From: Massalongia carnosa
Taxonomy: Eukaryota
NCBI GenBank assembly: GCA_965645245.1
Contig: OZ287069.1
Coordinates: 682,001 to 746,000, forward strand
Direction of reading: 5' to 3'
Length of the DNA stretch: 64,000 nucleotides
The notes below the pieces were generated by a model, which did no database searches, was not told the origin of the DNA, and saw only the letters and a program-made list of their open reading frames with translations. Made by a program: the position numbers and the translations under genes. Shown piece by piece: positions 14,871 to 27,329 of the stretch. The number at the start of each line of letters is the position of its first letter. Position 1 is the stretch's first letter.

Positions 14871-16142
14871 CTAATGCTTCTCGCCTCGTCGAGTTTTTTT
14901 GTAGCAGATGCCTCCCCGATACGGATACTTCCACCGAAAGATAGCGCCGAAGATCATAACCATCATGTTCAGCCACAGAACGAGAAAGATCTGATTTCGA
15001 CCCATGACGATTTTCCGCTTCCCTTGCTCCCACCCATCGCACACCTCGAGGAAGCGGGTCGGATCATCGGTGATGACGCCGTCTAGCTCGTACTTGATGC
15101 TCCACCGCATCATGTTCTCCTCATTCACGGTCCAGCCGAACAGGGGCCTCCCTCGGGCTCGGGCGTCACGCAGGAATCGGCGGCCAATGGGACCGATGAG
15201 CATTTTCTGCAGCATGTTGAAGGAAACGTTGGGGATGGCAAAGAATTGGCGGGCGTAGGAGATTGAGAAGCCGATGTGGGTTATGGGGAAGGTGGGGACA
15301 TAGATCGCGCACAAGGGGATGTATTTAGCCTTGATATGTTAGTGGAGGAGGCGTTAAACCGTTGGGTTTCTTCGCTTACAGCCCAACAGCCAAGCACTAT
15401 ACGATGATTCCATGGCTTAGATGGGTGGGGGGCAGCTTGCTCGATGGTACTCGCGATCAATCTCATTACATCGTCGGCGTCGTTATCGATCTATGGGGTT
15501 AGCTCATATGATCATGAAAAGGTCGACGCCGGTATACCTTTATATCCAAAAGTACCCAAATATCCTGCAGACCGGGAGAAGCTAAGTATTCCAAGAGATC
15601 CGTCAATCGAGGCATTGGCACATGCGGTGTTTTAAGTGTTCGTTGTTGACTGAGATATTGCCAATCGCAGTCAATTATTTTTTGATCTTTGCCAAAACAC
15701 CGTTTGAGCGTTGCATCCTATTGGAGATACTGGTCAGGGCCGAATTTTCATTCTGCTGATATCCTCGACTCACATGAGACAACACCACCACCCCGTCTTT
15801 TGACAAATGAATATCTGTTTCTATTGCATGCGCTCCCGCTTTTACCGCTCCGGCAAATGCATCCATGGTGTTCTCGGGGTATTTCGCCCTGAATCCTCTA
15901 TGCGCGATGGTCTGTGGAAACCTGTACCCATTTTTTTTCTGCTTTGCAAAAGTCCAATCTGCTTAACACTGATCATTAGCGTTCTCCTACCCGTGGTTAC
16001 GAAAAGGTTACATACATGGTTTTAAAGCTACATTATCGTCGAGTAACGGAGCCTCCGCAAGAGCGTCATAGACATCGGGTGCCAGCAGAAATGGTGGTGC
16101 CACCTTATGCAGAAACGGTTGTAATGATTTCCCAGAAGCCAT
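14871..16142 (-). CDS. PGC1: Glycerophosphodiester phosphodiesterase (GDPD), Pgc1-like, multi-exon with C-terminal membrane anchor
   Basis: [18 protein letters not shown]...[25 protein letters not shown]-like region, [26 protein letters not shown] and a hydrophobic C-terminus; start ATG 16142 inferred. Confidence 0.85.
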
Positions 16143-17168
16143 TACTGATTTACAACAATGTGGCGTTGCCGATTATTGGTATAATAGCCTACGTCGTCCT
16201 CGTTCATAAGAGTCTTAAATCTCATTCATCCAAGAATGCCACCAATCTGAGGATGGAGCCTGCTAAAACCTCTTCAAAAAAGTTTCCGAGCTACAGAAAT
16301 ATATGCGTTGCAGAAGATTAATATTTAACAGTCCCGCGCCGTGGAGAAGGTCTATATGTAGTAGAGTTTAAAATGCTGCTCAGCCATATGTTTGCTATGC
16401 CCACTGAAGTCATAGCGCTGACGCTTTCGCGTGATGTAGCGAATCGGATGGCGCGCATGCTTGCAGTCCGGTCCAAAAAGGTCATCTGCGGTGAGGCATG
16501 TCTCGAAAGGGAGTAGGCATCCCGTATGGCTGATGTTAGTTCGTGGATCTTGGCTGGGACTAACTAGAAATGCTAAAAGCCGGTGCATTTATGACGGGTC
16601 GGCGCTGTTCTGAGGCACTTCAAGTTTTGGAAGTGCGCCAAAGGTGAATATTTTGATCAAACGTGTTGTGTTGCCTTGATCCCCTCCAATATGATTCACT
16701 CTTGATGCATGCTAGCTGTCGCAGAATATGATACGTGCGTTTTCTTCCTAGTCGATTGATGCTAGTTGCGCATACCGAGTACAGAGTATTGGGGACTGTA
16801 AAGAGTAAGGAGTACAGAGTAGCCTTGTAGCAACATGGCGAGTGGCTTCGTTAGCAAGAGCTAGATAAGGCTTAGCGTTGATGTTAAGCCTAAAGAGGCT
16901 AGAAGGTAACTACTAGCTGAAATAAAGAAATACAACCTCCGTGTTTGAGGCGGAGGAATCCACATGGAAAACACCTTAGAATGCTTGAATTGTTCTCGGC
17001 ATCATGCGCATCTATGGCGTCTGACCCACAAGCAGTCTAAACTCGCGTATCAATCAATCTCTATGATTGGATGAATCTGGGTATTACTCATCGTCTTGTT
17101 GATCGCGGTCTTGGTGGCTTGACGGGCCACTCAAGTTCGCAACCAGAGCTTTCCCCAATATATCCATC

Positions 17169-18368
17169 ATGCCATCAGGCAGCAAGAATAAGGTGCATGC
17201 GAACAGCAAAAAGGAAACCCGCAAACCGGTGAAAGGGAAACAGAACTCAGTTGCCTCTTTGAACGGTGTGAAAGCGTGGAGCAAAGATAGTCTAAGCCAA
17301 GTTCCCGTGGAACTTCAACAACCGCTTTTGGATATCTTCAAGAGAGCCTTTTCAGGAAACTTCAATGACGATCTTACGGGTTTGATTCAAGAGGTTAAGC
17401 AGAACCTTTTCCATCGGGATTTTTACAACGCATTCGACAAGGAAACTTCCCTAGAGGCCTACGCAATAAGGTGGAGTCCTAGCAGAGCTCTCGTCTATCT
17501 AAATATTTTGTGCAACCTGCCAGACCTAGTTTCTAATCTTACATCTTTCTATATAGCAGGTAATGCAGGATCTCAGCAGTCTGTCGAGTTTCAAGAAGAT
17601 GCATCCATCAAGCAACAACCCAGTGTTCAGATTGTGTGCCTGGGAGGAGGCGCAGGCGGTGAACTCGTGGCTTTGGCAGGATGCCTCAAGCTCTTGAGTA
17701 CTAATATTCTCAAGGATCCTTTGCCAGGGCTTCCAGAGAACCATGCGTCAATAAAACTCAATATAACGGTCATTGACATTGCAGATTGGTCAGGCATCAT
17801 GGATAAGCTTTATACTTGCATCACCACCAATCCTCCAATTTCGAGGTATGCTTCCACTACGGCGCAGCTTGCCAACAAACCGTTGGTCAACCCCAATGAA
17901 TATGAAGTGCGTTTTCTAAAACAGGATATTTTGGACATGGATGAAGAGAAAATGAAGGCAGCGCTTCTAAATGCAAGGCTGGTTACCTTAATGTTTACCC
18001 TGAATGAACTTTACAACGCTTCAGTGAGCGCAACGACCCAACTGCTATTATCCATGACCTCAGTTCTGTGTTCGGGCTCGCTTGTACTTGTTGTGGATAG
18101 CCCTGGTAGTTACTCTATCGTCAAACTCAACAAACATAATCGTAATGATGATTCGTCAGCGCAGAACAAGTATCCTATGCAATGGCTCCTCGATCATACC
18201 TTATTAGAAACAGCTGCTACCCGTGGAAGCAAAACCAATGTTCAAGAAAAGAAATGGGAGAAGCTTTGCTCGCACAATTCGACTTGGTTTAGGCTTCCAG
18301 TTGGTCTCAAATATCCGATTAGTCTAGAGGACGTGAGATATCAAGTCCATTTGTACAGGCGATTATGA
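17169..18368 (+). CDS. BMT6: 25S rRNA (uridine-N3)-methyltransferase Bmt6-like (Methyltransf_34)
   Basis: AYAIRWSPSRAL, VCLGGGAGGELVALA, TLMFTLNELY, LVVDSPGSYS, YPMQWLLDHTLL, YPISLEDVRYQ; intronless 399 aa. Confidence 0.85.
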   Translation: MPSGSKNKVHANSKKETRKPVKGKQNSVASLNGVKAWSKDSLSQVPVELQQPLLDIFKRAFSGNFNDDLTGLIQEVKQNLFHRDFYNAFDKETSLEAYAIRWSPSRALVYLNILCNLPDLVSNLTSFYIAGNAGSQQSVEFQEDASIKQQPSVQIVCLGGGAGGELVALAGCLKLLSTNILKDPLPGLPENHASIKLNITVIDIADWSGIMDKLYTCITTNPPISRYASTTAQLANKPLVNPNEYEVRFLKQDILDMDEEKMKAALLNARLVTLMFTLNELYNASVSATTQLLLSMTSVLCSGSLVLVVDSPGSYSIVKLNKHNRNDDSSAQNKYPMQWLLDHTLLETAATRGSKTNVQEKKWEKLCSHNSTWFRLPVGLKYPISLEDVRYQVHLYRRL

Positions 18369-19552
18369 TAAACATCACCATCTCGGGTTCAGGGGCACGT
18401 TTCTTCCATCATAAATGGTAGACGAGCGACCTAAAAGCTAACTCGAGCTGGAAAAGTTCCGAGTTGGATACGTTAGTCATTCGTTAGCCTCAGACAATAC
18501 ACACGAGACATAATTCTGACGGTTGAAACGCGAACAGTCTGGATCTTGGTCTCCGAAACAAAACACAATCTGGCTTTACTCTCCCCATGGATTACCACAC
18601 TGTCGTATGACGCCGAGCTACCTCCTGACATCAGGCATGACTTTCGCCCTCATCCCTCTATTGAAAGCACTCCCATCGCTCCTGGAGCATCCTCGTTCCT
18701 GCCCCAAGGGCCGAGTTAGTATGTTCTTCAGAGAAAACTATCCGTGAAACCGGAATCACATGGTAGCCAGGCGTTCCTCCAAGCAGGGTTCCAATCCCCT
18801 AACCATCTCAGCAATAATGCTGAACGGGAAGTCGGCGGATCTGCCGTGATCAATCTGGATCTCGCTATTACAGATTGTGAGAGATATCTAGCCGTAAAGA
18901 AAAGCGTCCGAGGAGAGTATATATACACACCCCTATAAGTAAGGCAGAAACCCCCAGCGTCGGGCTGACAGTTAAGGATGGAGATGGGTATGTTTCCGCA
19001 AGGGTCCAGCGGACATCATGCCGAAGTTTGAACCCCGAGCTGGGGCGCTTATCTAGTACGCAACATCGCCGATGCATGAGCAGCCGAAAAAGACTGGCTT
19101 AAAAAGAGCCCGCTATGCATAGCCGCGGTAGAGAGAAACTTGAAGAGCTGCGGGTGGAGGCTGAATTCGTGTGAAGCGCTGAAACATCTACCCATCTGTG
19201 CCGAGAATTGGATTGATGGAGACTGAAGGGAGTTGTGGGGAAATTGTGGTGATCCCTGGACGGGGGAGGCCGAAGGGGAGGCCGAAGTTAAGTTGGCGAA
19301 ATAATTTATTCTGTAAAGCTGGTTTAAAAGTAACGATTCATGGTCGAATTTCGCGTGTGGTTAATGCTAATTTGGTAATCATGCGGAGAAAGGGGGACGA
19401 GGATAGGGGTTAGTAGACCGTCCATAACAGGACTAATTAACGCGGATGTTTTCTGGGCAACGTTGGGCATGTATACCGCTAACTAACTTAACATATCACC
19501 ATCCCGCCTCAACCCCCAATAATCCAATGCAACCTTACCTTTTCTTCATCCA

Positions 19553-20553
19553 TCACGCTCCATTCTCTTCCTCCAAAATCCCAAACTGCCCCTGCCCACT
19601 TGCAGGCCCCTCCTGCCTCGGCCCCGCCCCGCCTGCCGCAGCCACAGTCTGCCGCTGTAATGCCCCTTCTGCGGCCCGGCCCGGATCCTCCTCCGTGCCA
19701 ATCTCACCGGTGAAACTTACGTTAGGGGCCTCGTCCGGGTCGAACCCGCCTTCGGTGAGATTCTTCCCCTTGGGTTTCCCCCCGATGGCTGGGTCGGAGA
19801 CAACGTTGGCAATGTAGCTGGGAGCGGTGGAGGCGGATGTGTTCTGATCAGGTTTGTCCTGGGCGGTGGTGCTTTGCTCGGAGGTTCCGCGGAAGATGGC
19901 GCCAGGGGCGGCGCTGGTGGTGGTGTTCCCAGCGCTCGGGCTTTCGCTCGAGGTTCCACCTGAAAGGCTCTTTTCGGCGCTAGTACTACTCAAATTATCG
20001 GATTCTGCGCTCCGCGATTTGGTGTCCCCCTTGCCAGAGGACAAAAGCTCTTGCTTGGCCTTGGTAGGGCCGCCATAGTACCCTTCCGCGGTATGTGTGC
20101 CGGGGAATTCACCCTGCCCGCCGGCGCCCTCGGGATACTTCACCCCCGCGGGGCCTTTCTTCTGCTCATCGGATCTTTCTTCCTGCCACGCGACCTTTGC
20201 TTCGCGCTCCGCCGCATCGGGGGCGGGCGCGAGGGTGGTAGCGCTGGAGAATTCGGTGTTGACTAGGTTCTCGGGCGGGGAGGCAAGTTTTACGTTCGGG
20301 TTTTGACTGAAGGCACCGCTTGAGCGGGTTGATTCTCCAGCGAGAGAGTCGGATGCTACGGCGCCGGGCGCTTCATGCTTGGGGTTTTGGTACGCGGCGG
20401 GGTCGGTTGTGTTCTGGTAAGCTTTCGGTGAGCCGATAGTTTTAAAGGATTCTAGTTGTTGAGTTGATCTAATGAGGAGTCGGTGGAGGCACAGGAGAAT
20501 TAGCTTACCTTTGTGCCCTGAGTAGAACCAACGGGGGTTCCCTGCGAATCCAT
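19553..20553 (-). CDS. Conserved fungal hydrophilic Gly/Ser/Thr-rich hypothetical protein
   Basis: ATG 20553 MDSQGTPVGSTQGTK, intron about 20508-20414, then GAVASDSLAGES...KYPEGAGGQ...KPKGKNLTEGGFD...GEIGTEEDPGRAAE, motifs I recognise from Pezizomycotina hypotheticals. Confidence 0.75.
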
Positions 20554-20991
20554 GATGAGAGGGTTATTGGGGTGTATAGGGTATGGAAGCTGTATTCTTC
20601 TGCGAATGCTGGACAGAATGCCGATTTCTGGGGTTGATCAGAACGGTGAGGTGATGGAAATGTAAATGGGCTAAATTGGACCAATGCAAAGGAAAGGATC
20701 GTCTCATCGGAATAGGGCATGAGGGCATGATGTCATGGCCCCGCTCTGCACTTGAAGATGCCATACCCCTTTATCCCTCCGCTCTTCAAGTACTCGAATA
20801 TGTAAGGTCACACTCGAGGCCTCCGACCTTATCATCTAGGATTCAAACTCTTTCAATCCCGAGAGACATTGGCTCTACCAACCACGATTTAATCCCTTCC
20901 TGCCCTTAAATCAAGCCCTCATCAAATCCTTCCCAATTATCTTCAATCCACCTCCGTCCATCAGTCCCTCCTTACTCCTTGCCTAGTCCAA

Positions 20992-21262
20992 TTACTCCAC
21001 CGCTTCCTTCGGAACCCCCTTGGTCCCCACTTTCGCATCCAGAGCCGTGTTCGTCTTCTATTCATCTCCATCGACCCTCACGCTGCTCTCCCCCGTCGCC
21101 GGCTCTTGTAGCCCGGCCTCGCTGCCATTGCCATAGGATACATCACTCTCTACACTGCCGGAGCCGACGCCAGTATTTCTAGCGTCGACGGAGTTCCAGT
21201 CCGAGGGCACAGGCGGGTCCTCGGGGAAGGGTAGCTGCGCTTTGCGCTCATCGATAGTTCGG
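20992..21262 (-). pseudogene. Small conserved hydrophilic fungal protein with an in-frame TAG (truncated or pseudogene); 5' exon uncertain
   Basis: Frame not in the ORF track: IDERKAQLPFPEDPPVPSDWNSVDARNTGVGSG...GLQEPATGESSVRVDGDE*KTNTALDAKVG...; TAG at 21060-21058. Confidence 0.55.
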
Positions 21263-22192
21263 CTTCGGATTTAGTCATCATTTTCGGTCTGGGAAGTGGC
21301 TGGTGGCTGGTGAGCAAGGGATTTGGGAGGTGAGGTTGAAACGAGGGATCTTTGGATTGGAAGTTCGGATTGTGTGCTGACAATTGAGATTTTTGGGAAT
21401 TCCGGTATGGGATAGGTGATATATGGAGTGATTTGTTTAATTGCTAATGAATGAAAGAATTGAGAAAGGGTGGGGAAGGCGATACATGGACATTTGCGCA
21501 TGTTCTGACGTTTTGCCTATCTCTATTCCACGATTACGACTTGTCCATCTATCGTTGGAGGAGACATAAGTTTGACGACTCCAAAGATTTGAGTATTTCA
21601 GATGCTACTGATGTAAGGTTTTGGGCCTGCATTCTGTATGTCTTCTACATATTTGCGTGTCGGTAACAGCTTCAGCGTTCATTCAGTCTTTGCTGAAGAG
21701 CGTCCTTAATGGCTCACCATCGTGACTCTGCACTTTCGTTTTCACAAACAAAAATCGACGGACGTTTATGTACTCTTCGTTATTTTTTTAGATTCGGATA
21801 TGATGCTATCCGTATTGACGAGTATCCTTATCTCATATCTCTTTTCTTGACAGTTTTACTTCATCCACGCCCATGCGGATTACCGAAGAAAGGCTGCAAA
21901 GCGGGTTTTGGTTCTTTACGTATTATCAACCGTTTCAACTGACGCATCACGGCTCAATAACTCCGGGGGGGAGGGACGAGGGGTATACGGACCTATCTTC
22001 CAGCTGCACAACATAATGTCAGCTCAAGCAGTTATACCGGCCGCAGAGGTAAATGAAGCCAAAATTGATACTTCAATTCGTCTGTTCTTTTCATCTATGC
22101 TACTTGCTTTTTCGTCTTCAGAAAAAAGCAATCGCCTACAACGTACTCTGTCCGCACCTGTTTTCCTAATCCAAATTTGCAATCCATCAGCC

Positions 22193-23348
22193 ATGCCATC
22201 TACTCTCCAACTTCTCTACGCCTGTCTCTTAGTGGTTGTTGCTAGATCATCTCCGAAATATTCGACTGGAACTGAACCTAGCCAAGGGGAAGGAGAAACC
22301 TGGTCCACCGATAAGGGAATCAATGCAGCCGATTCATCAGGAACAGGATTTTGGCCAATCGCTGAAGGAGCCCCATCCTCTGATTTTACAAGTGTAGCAA
22401 ATTTGGGAAGTGCTGATATAGGAAATTATCCAGACCACCTAAATAATTTGAATGACCCAATAGGGCCAAACAAACTAGACGAATTAGGCTATGCAGAAAC
22501 AGTTCTTTCTCCTTTAGTCATAGGTCCGGTCGCCTCATCCTGGGACGAGGAATCCAAAAATGGTGATGGCTGTAAGCTGGATAACGAAATGCGAAAAAGG
22601 CTCAACACACAACCGGGTTCCGGGGGTCTCGTCTGTCCTGCATCAACCCAAGAGACCGACGAGCGTCCTCAACGCGAGGAAAATTTACTAGAACCTCAGC
22701 CGGAGAACCACTATGAAGAGAAACCAGAACTCAGAGTGGTGAACCCTTGGATCCTAGGATATGATTCCGAAGAAAGAATATGCCAACCAACCAAGCATAC
22801 TTTCTGCTGCTTCGGCCCCGTTGACCTACCTCGGTTCGTGCAAAACTGCTTTTATTGTACGTCACGCCCGCTCTGGATGAACCTTAGTCTGACTTGAGAC
22901 ATAGACGATCCTAACCTTCTCCAATGCCTCGATATATTAAATCTCTACTGCTGTAGGGCGTCAGACGTAAGCCCTATGTTTTTCTATCTCTCCAAGAGCG
23001 GATGAGTGACAACCGAACCCAACCCCCCACCCCCAAAAACCTACCGATTGACTGGGCGATTGGATTTAGTTCTCCCAAATAGCGAGGTCACGGCTGAGAA
23101 TGAAGAAAAATTCCGGGCTGGGGAGGATTTGCACCTATCTCTTCCCGTTGAAACCGGCGGACTAATGAATAAACGAGAACCTATCAACTGGAGGGAGTTG
23201 TGGTGGTAAGAGGATGGAATTTGGCAAGTTAGGAGGCTCTAGGGTGTGCTGATTCGCAGCAGGGTTAGGGAGATATCCAGACCGTTTCACGGATGGATGT
23301 GGTGCTGCCCGAAAGGACGAGAATGCTGGAGATAATCGAGCAGCCTAA
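22193..23348 (+). CDS. Secreted protein with acidic spacer and Cys-rich C-terminus; 3' exons uncertain
   Basis: Signal peptide MPSTLQLLYACLLVVVARS; C-x6-CC-x12-C followed by a spliced exon YDPNLLQCLDILNLYCC (intron about 22858-22903, next donor GTAAGC about 22967). Confidence 0.55.
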
Positions 23349-24015
23349 GCCTCCTTCCAAAAGAAAAAAAAAAGCTAATAGAAGTTAGCTAGCCCAAGGT
23401 ACGAATGTCAAACTCATACCCCGAACTCGTCGGAAATAATACCGCAGACGAAAGGTCAAGCAAAGCGTGAGATCTTCCTACCCGACCTTCCCTCCCCCCA
23501 ACCACCCTTGGTAGCTGTACACCTCTCCCCCCCCCAACTCTCCCGGCTCCATGATATAAATAGGTACGTGACTAGGAAGGGATCCACAGACCTCCAAAAA
23601 CACAGGATTTGTATCCAGGAGTAATTAGGGAGAAATGGGAAGTATTTAGGCATGAAGGAACCCGAACATCGAACCTTTTTGATTGAATTTTCTTGTTTTT
23701 TCGTTTTTCGTTGGCGGAAGTAAGATAGATCGATAAGATCCTCTCCGCTCATGCTGTGCGGAGCCTAGCTTTGGAGGGTATCTCGATTTGCAAATAAAGT
23801 TCCTATAGAAGAATGACTACTTCTTTGCGAAAGTCAGCGCCCAAGGTCGGAGATTGGCCATGACAATAACCTCCGAGGGGCCGGGGGAGTAAGAGCATCT
23901 TACCAACTTTCCGTTTTTTTTTTGGTGAAAAAATATCTCCCACAAAAATAATCCATATGAGAAACGCCCTCTAGAATCCGCCCCCTCCTTCCCCCCAAAC
24001 CACAACCTAGCACTC

Positions 24016-25011
24016 TTACACCCTAACATCCCTCGCCGCCTTTCCAACAACCTTGACCAACTCCCGAAACACCTCCGCGAACTCCTCTTCCCCCCCTTCT
24101 TCCCCAGCCCCAGCCCCAGCCCCAGCCCCAGCCTCCGCCCTCTTCTTCGCCCCCTGTGGACCCCTCGCAGCGCTGACCATGACCACACTGGTCGGCCGCT
24201 TCGTGCTGCCCGCCGCGCCCAGCTCCGCGCGCGAGGGCACAAAAATGTAGGGCACCCCGTGGTCCTCGCATAGCACGGGGATGTGCGAGATGACGTCCAT
24301 GGGCGAGATGTCGGCCGCAAGGACTACCACGCCGTAAGGAGCATTAATGGTGGAGGAGGGGGCGGTGGCGGCGGTGGCGGAGGAGGATTTGCGCAAGGAT
24401 TTGACGACTTCTTTGACGCCGCGCTTGAGGGATTTGTGTTTGGCCGCTGTATCCGAGGGGACCCGGGGTGGGGGGGTTAGTCGCTTTACTATTTCTTATC
24501 GGAGGTTTCAAGGTTGAGGAAGGGAACCCGGGGGGAAAGAGATACCTTTCCGGACGCTTTTAAGGACTTTTTTCTGCGCTTTTTCGTCTGCCAGCGGGTG
24601 TGCGAACGGTACTAGGGCGCCTAGCAGCGGCGCGGTTTTGGCTTTTTTCGTCTCCGCCGCGCCGTTTTCTTTGCTCACGGCTACGTTTCCTGGCGCAGGG
24701 CCCTCTAGGGTGTTGAGAAGGGTGGTCGTAATGTCCATGTTGTTATCCAAGATGGGGGCGGGGACGGCACCGTTTTCTTTACTCTCGGGTACAATTCCCG
24801 GGGCGAGACGGTCCACTGAATTCTGGAGCGTGACCGTAACATCTGTGTCGTCTGCGGCGGCGGTTGCGCCGGCAGTCACAGGCTTCTCCTTCATGTCCTT
24901 TTTATCCTTTTTACTTTTTTTGTGCACGCCATCTTTTTCGGAACGTTTTTCTTTCTTGGCATGTTTCTCCCGCCTGCGCTCATCCTTGTCAGCACTCTTC
25001 TCCTTTGCCAT
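24016..25011 (-). CDS. NHP2: H/ACA snoRNP subunit Nhp2 (L7Ae family)
   Basis: LVPFAHPLADEKAQKKVLKSVRK, intron 24545-24447, AAKHKSLKRGVKEVVKSLRK...VVLAADISPMDVISHIPVLCEDHGVPYIFVPSRAELGAAGSTKRPTSVV. Confidence 0.92.
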
Positions 25012-25405
25012 TGTAGGAGAACTAGGGGAGAAGAGTGAAGAAGGCGCTGTGGAGGGGATCGATGGGGATTTGGGTTCTGGACCAAAGAGAGTTGCGCAAA
25101 TTTACGCGACCTTCAAATGATAGGGCAGTCAGCCCTATAGGGCTATTTTGGCACATCTTTTATCCATCATGGTATAAAGGTTCAAGAATTTGATAGATAT
25201 AATAATTTAGTGATTTCATAACTGTTTTCTATTAGATGCAGTCCCAAGGAGTCATGAGATCTGATATACATAAGCTGTTTTCCTCCTTAAGTCTACAAAA
25301 AATTGAATTTTAGCACCCTGCGTATTCTGGTCCACCAATCGTTCCGAGATATGTCAGTGCTTACAATGACGCCTGTTCCAACAAAGAAGATTCCGAAAGC
25401 ATGTG

Positions 25406-26048
25406 TTAACCCCGGACTGGTCCGCCTTGCGTAGCTTCCGCAGCAGCTTCGGCGTCGTGCAACCTGCCAGCCTTGGAATTGTAATAATGATTCCTATTTC
25501 CATGATCAGCATCTCCCCAAGACGTATAAACGTTCTACAGTCTCCGTTCGAATCACGTACTTCTCAATAGCCCAATCCACCGCCAGATATGCTAGAGCGA
25601 ATGGTGGTATCACGTACAGCGCCTGAGCTCTGAATCTTCGCCAAGTATTGAATACTGCAGCATGGGCGGTGCCGGCAAGAGGTCGTTGCCGGTTGGCTGA
25701 GATGGCATAGGTTATTATGCCTTTTTGTGTTTGAGATCCTACCCAGCAGTCAATCAGCCCTCCGAATCACATCTTTCCTAGGCGCTTTGTCCCATTGGTA
25801 CGTTGTATAAAACGTTCTGGAGTAGCATCGTAGAAAGGACTGATAGTTCTGCTCCTAAAGGAAAGTACCTAGATTGCCCCAGCCTCCCAGGTAGCTAGAG
25901 ATATATCGTTAGTACATGTTCAAGAGCTATTGTAATGAGTGGCGATAAAGTTATGGATCCCCTCATAGCACCAGGGCGGATGAAATCAAGTTTGGAACTT
26001 CACTCACTGTCCATGCTTGGTATCAAGCGGTTCGCTTCCACCACCCAT
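25406..26048 (-). CDS. QCR8: Cytochrome b-c1 complex subunit 8 (4 short exons; absent from ORF track)
   Basis: Hand-spliced MGGGSEPLDTKHGHYLGGWGNLGSQTQKGIITYAISANRQRPLAGTAHAAVFNTWRRFRAQALYVIPPFALAYLAVDWAIEKNHYYNSKAGR; canonical GT-AG introns. Confidence 0.9.
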
Positions 26049-26366
26049 AATGGCTAGCTAAAAGTTTGGAAAAGAAAAGGAGAGCGGGTCTTCCTAGAGA
26101 AGGTTAATGTATGATCTTTGATTGAGTGGTGAGTTTGAATCGTGGAAAGGGAATTCGGAGCAGGCACATTCTTGCGCTAGAGTAGTTTTAGCTAACTAGG
26201 TTTAGTTAGCCCGCGTTCGAGCTTGACTTAAGAAAAGCTACGAAAAATCATAAAGCTTTGCTCTTTCCCTTCCAGGCGTCTCATTCCAATCTAGTTGCTC
26301 AGTGATACTTGAGCTATATCTCAAGGCCGTTGCATTATCTCCTGGACTGATCTTAAAATCCTCGAA
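26049..26366. promoter_or_regulatory. Probable bidirectional promoter between QCR8 and PHB1
   Basis: Only about 318 nt between the divergent ATGs. Confidence 0.55.
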
Positions 26367-27329
26367 ATGGCGAACGTTCTCGGCGCAGTCTACAAATATG
26401 CGGTTCCAATCGCCATTGGCTTCTCCTTCGCTCAAGCCTCCATCTACGACGTCAAAGGCGGCACACGCGCTGTAATCTTCGATCGTCTCTCCGGAGTCAA
26501 AGATACCGTGGTGAACGAAGGCACTCATTTCCTTATTCCTTGGCTGCAGAAATCCATCATCTACGACGTCCGCACAAAGCCCCGCAATATCTCCACCACG
26601 ACGGGAAGTAAAGATTTGCAAATGGTCAGCCTGACGCTGCGTGTACTACATAGACCAGAAGTCAAGCAACTGCCTAAAATCTATCAGGTAAGAATAATTA
26701 CCCGGCTTCCGAATCTCGGCTCCCCGTAGTCTTGCCCAAACCTCGATTCCCCCTTTCCTCCTCCGTCTATCAAAAACCCCACCGCTTTTAACCGCTTCCC
26801 CATCTAGTCTCTTGGGCTCGATTATGACGAGCGTGTTCTCCCCTCCATCGGCAATGAAGTCCTCAAATCCATTGTCGCCCAATTCGATGCAGCCGAACTA
26901 ATCACACAGCGAGAATCCGTCTCGGCCCGGATCCGCACCGACCTTCTAAAGCGCGCCTCGGAGTTCAACATCGCGCTTGAAGACGTCTCGATTACGCACA
27001 TGACTTTCGGCAAGGAGTTCACACGCGCGGTGGAGCAGAAGCAGATCGCGCAACAGGACGCCGAGCGCTCGCGCTTTATCGTCGAGAAGGCCGAGCAGGA
27101 GCGCCAGGCCAACGTCATCCGCGCCGAAGGTGAGGCCGAGAGTGCCGACATTATCAGTAAAGCTGTGGCGAAGGCGGGAGATGGGCTGTTGATGATTCGG
27201 CGCATCGAGGCGACCAGGGATATCGCGCAGACGCTGGCGGGGAATCCGAACGTGACGTATTTGCCTGGTGGTGGGGAGGGAAAGGATGGGGGGAAAGGGA
27301 CTGGGCTGTTGTTAGGGCTAAGGTCTTGA
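26367..27329 (+). CDS. PHB1: Prohibitin 1
   Basis: [19 protein letters not shown]...[21 protein letters not shown], intron about 26688-26807, [16 protein letters not shown]...[17 protein letters not shown]. Confidence 0.95.

Noticed and set aside
16352..16700. Possible spliced mini-gene between GDPD and BMT6
   Set aside because: Branch and acceptor-like signals only; no recognisable product
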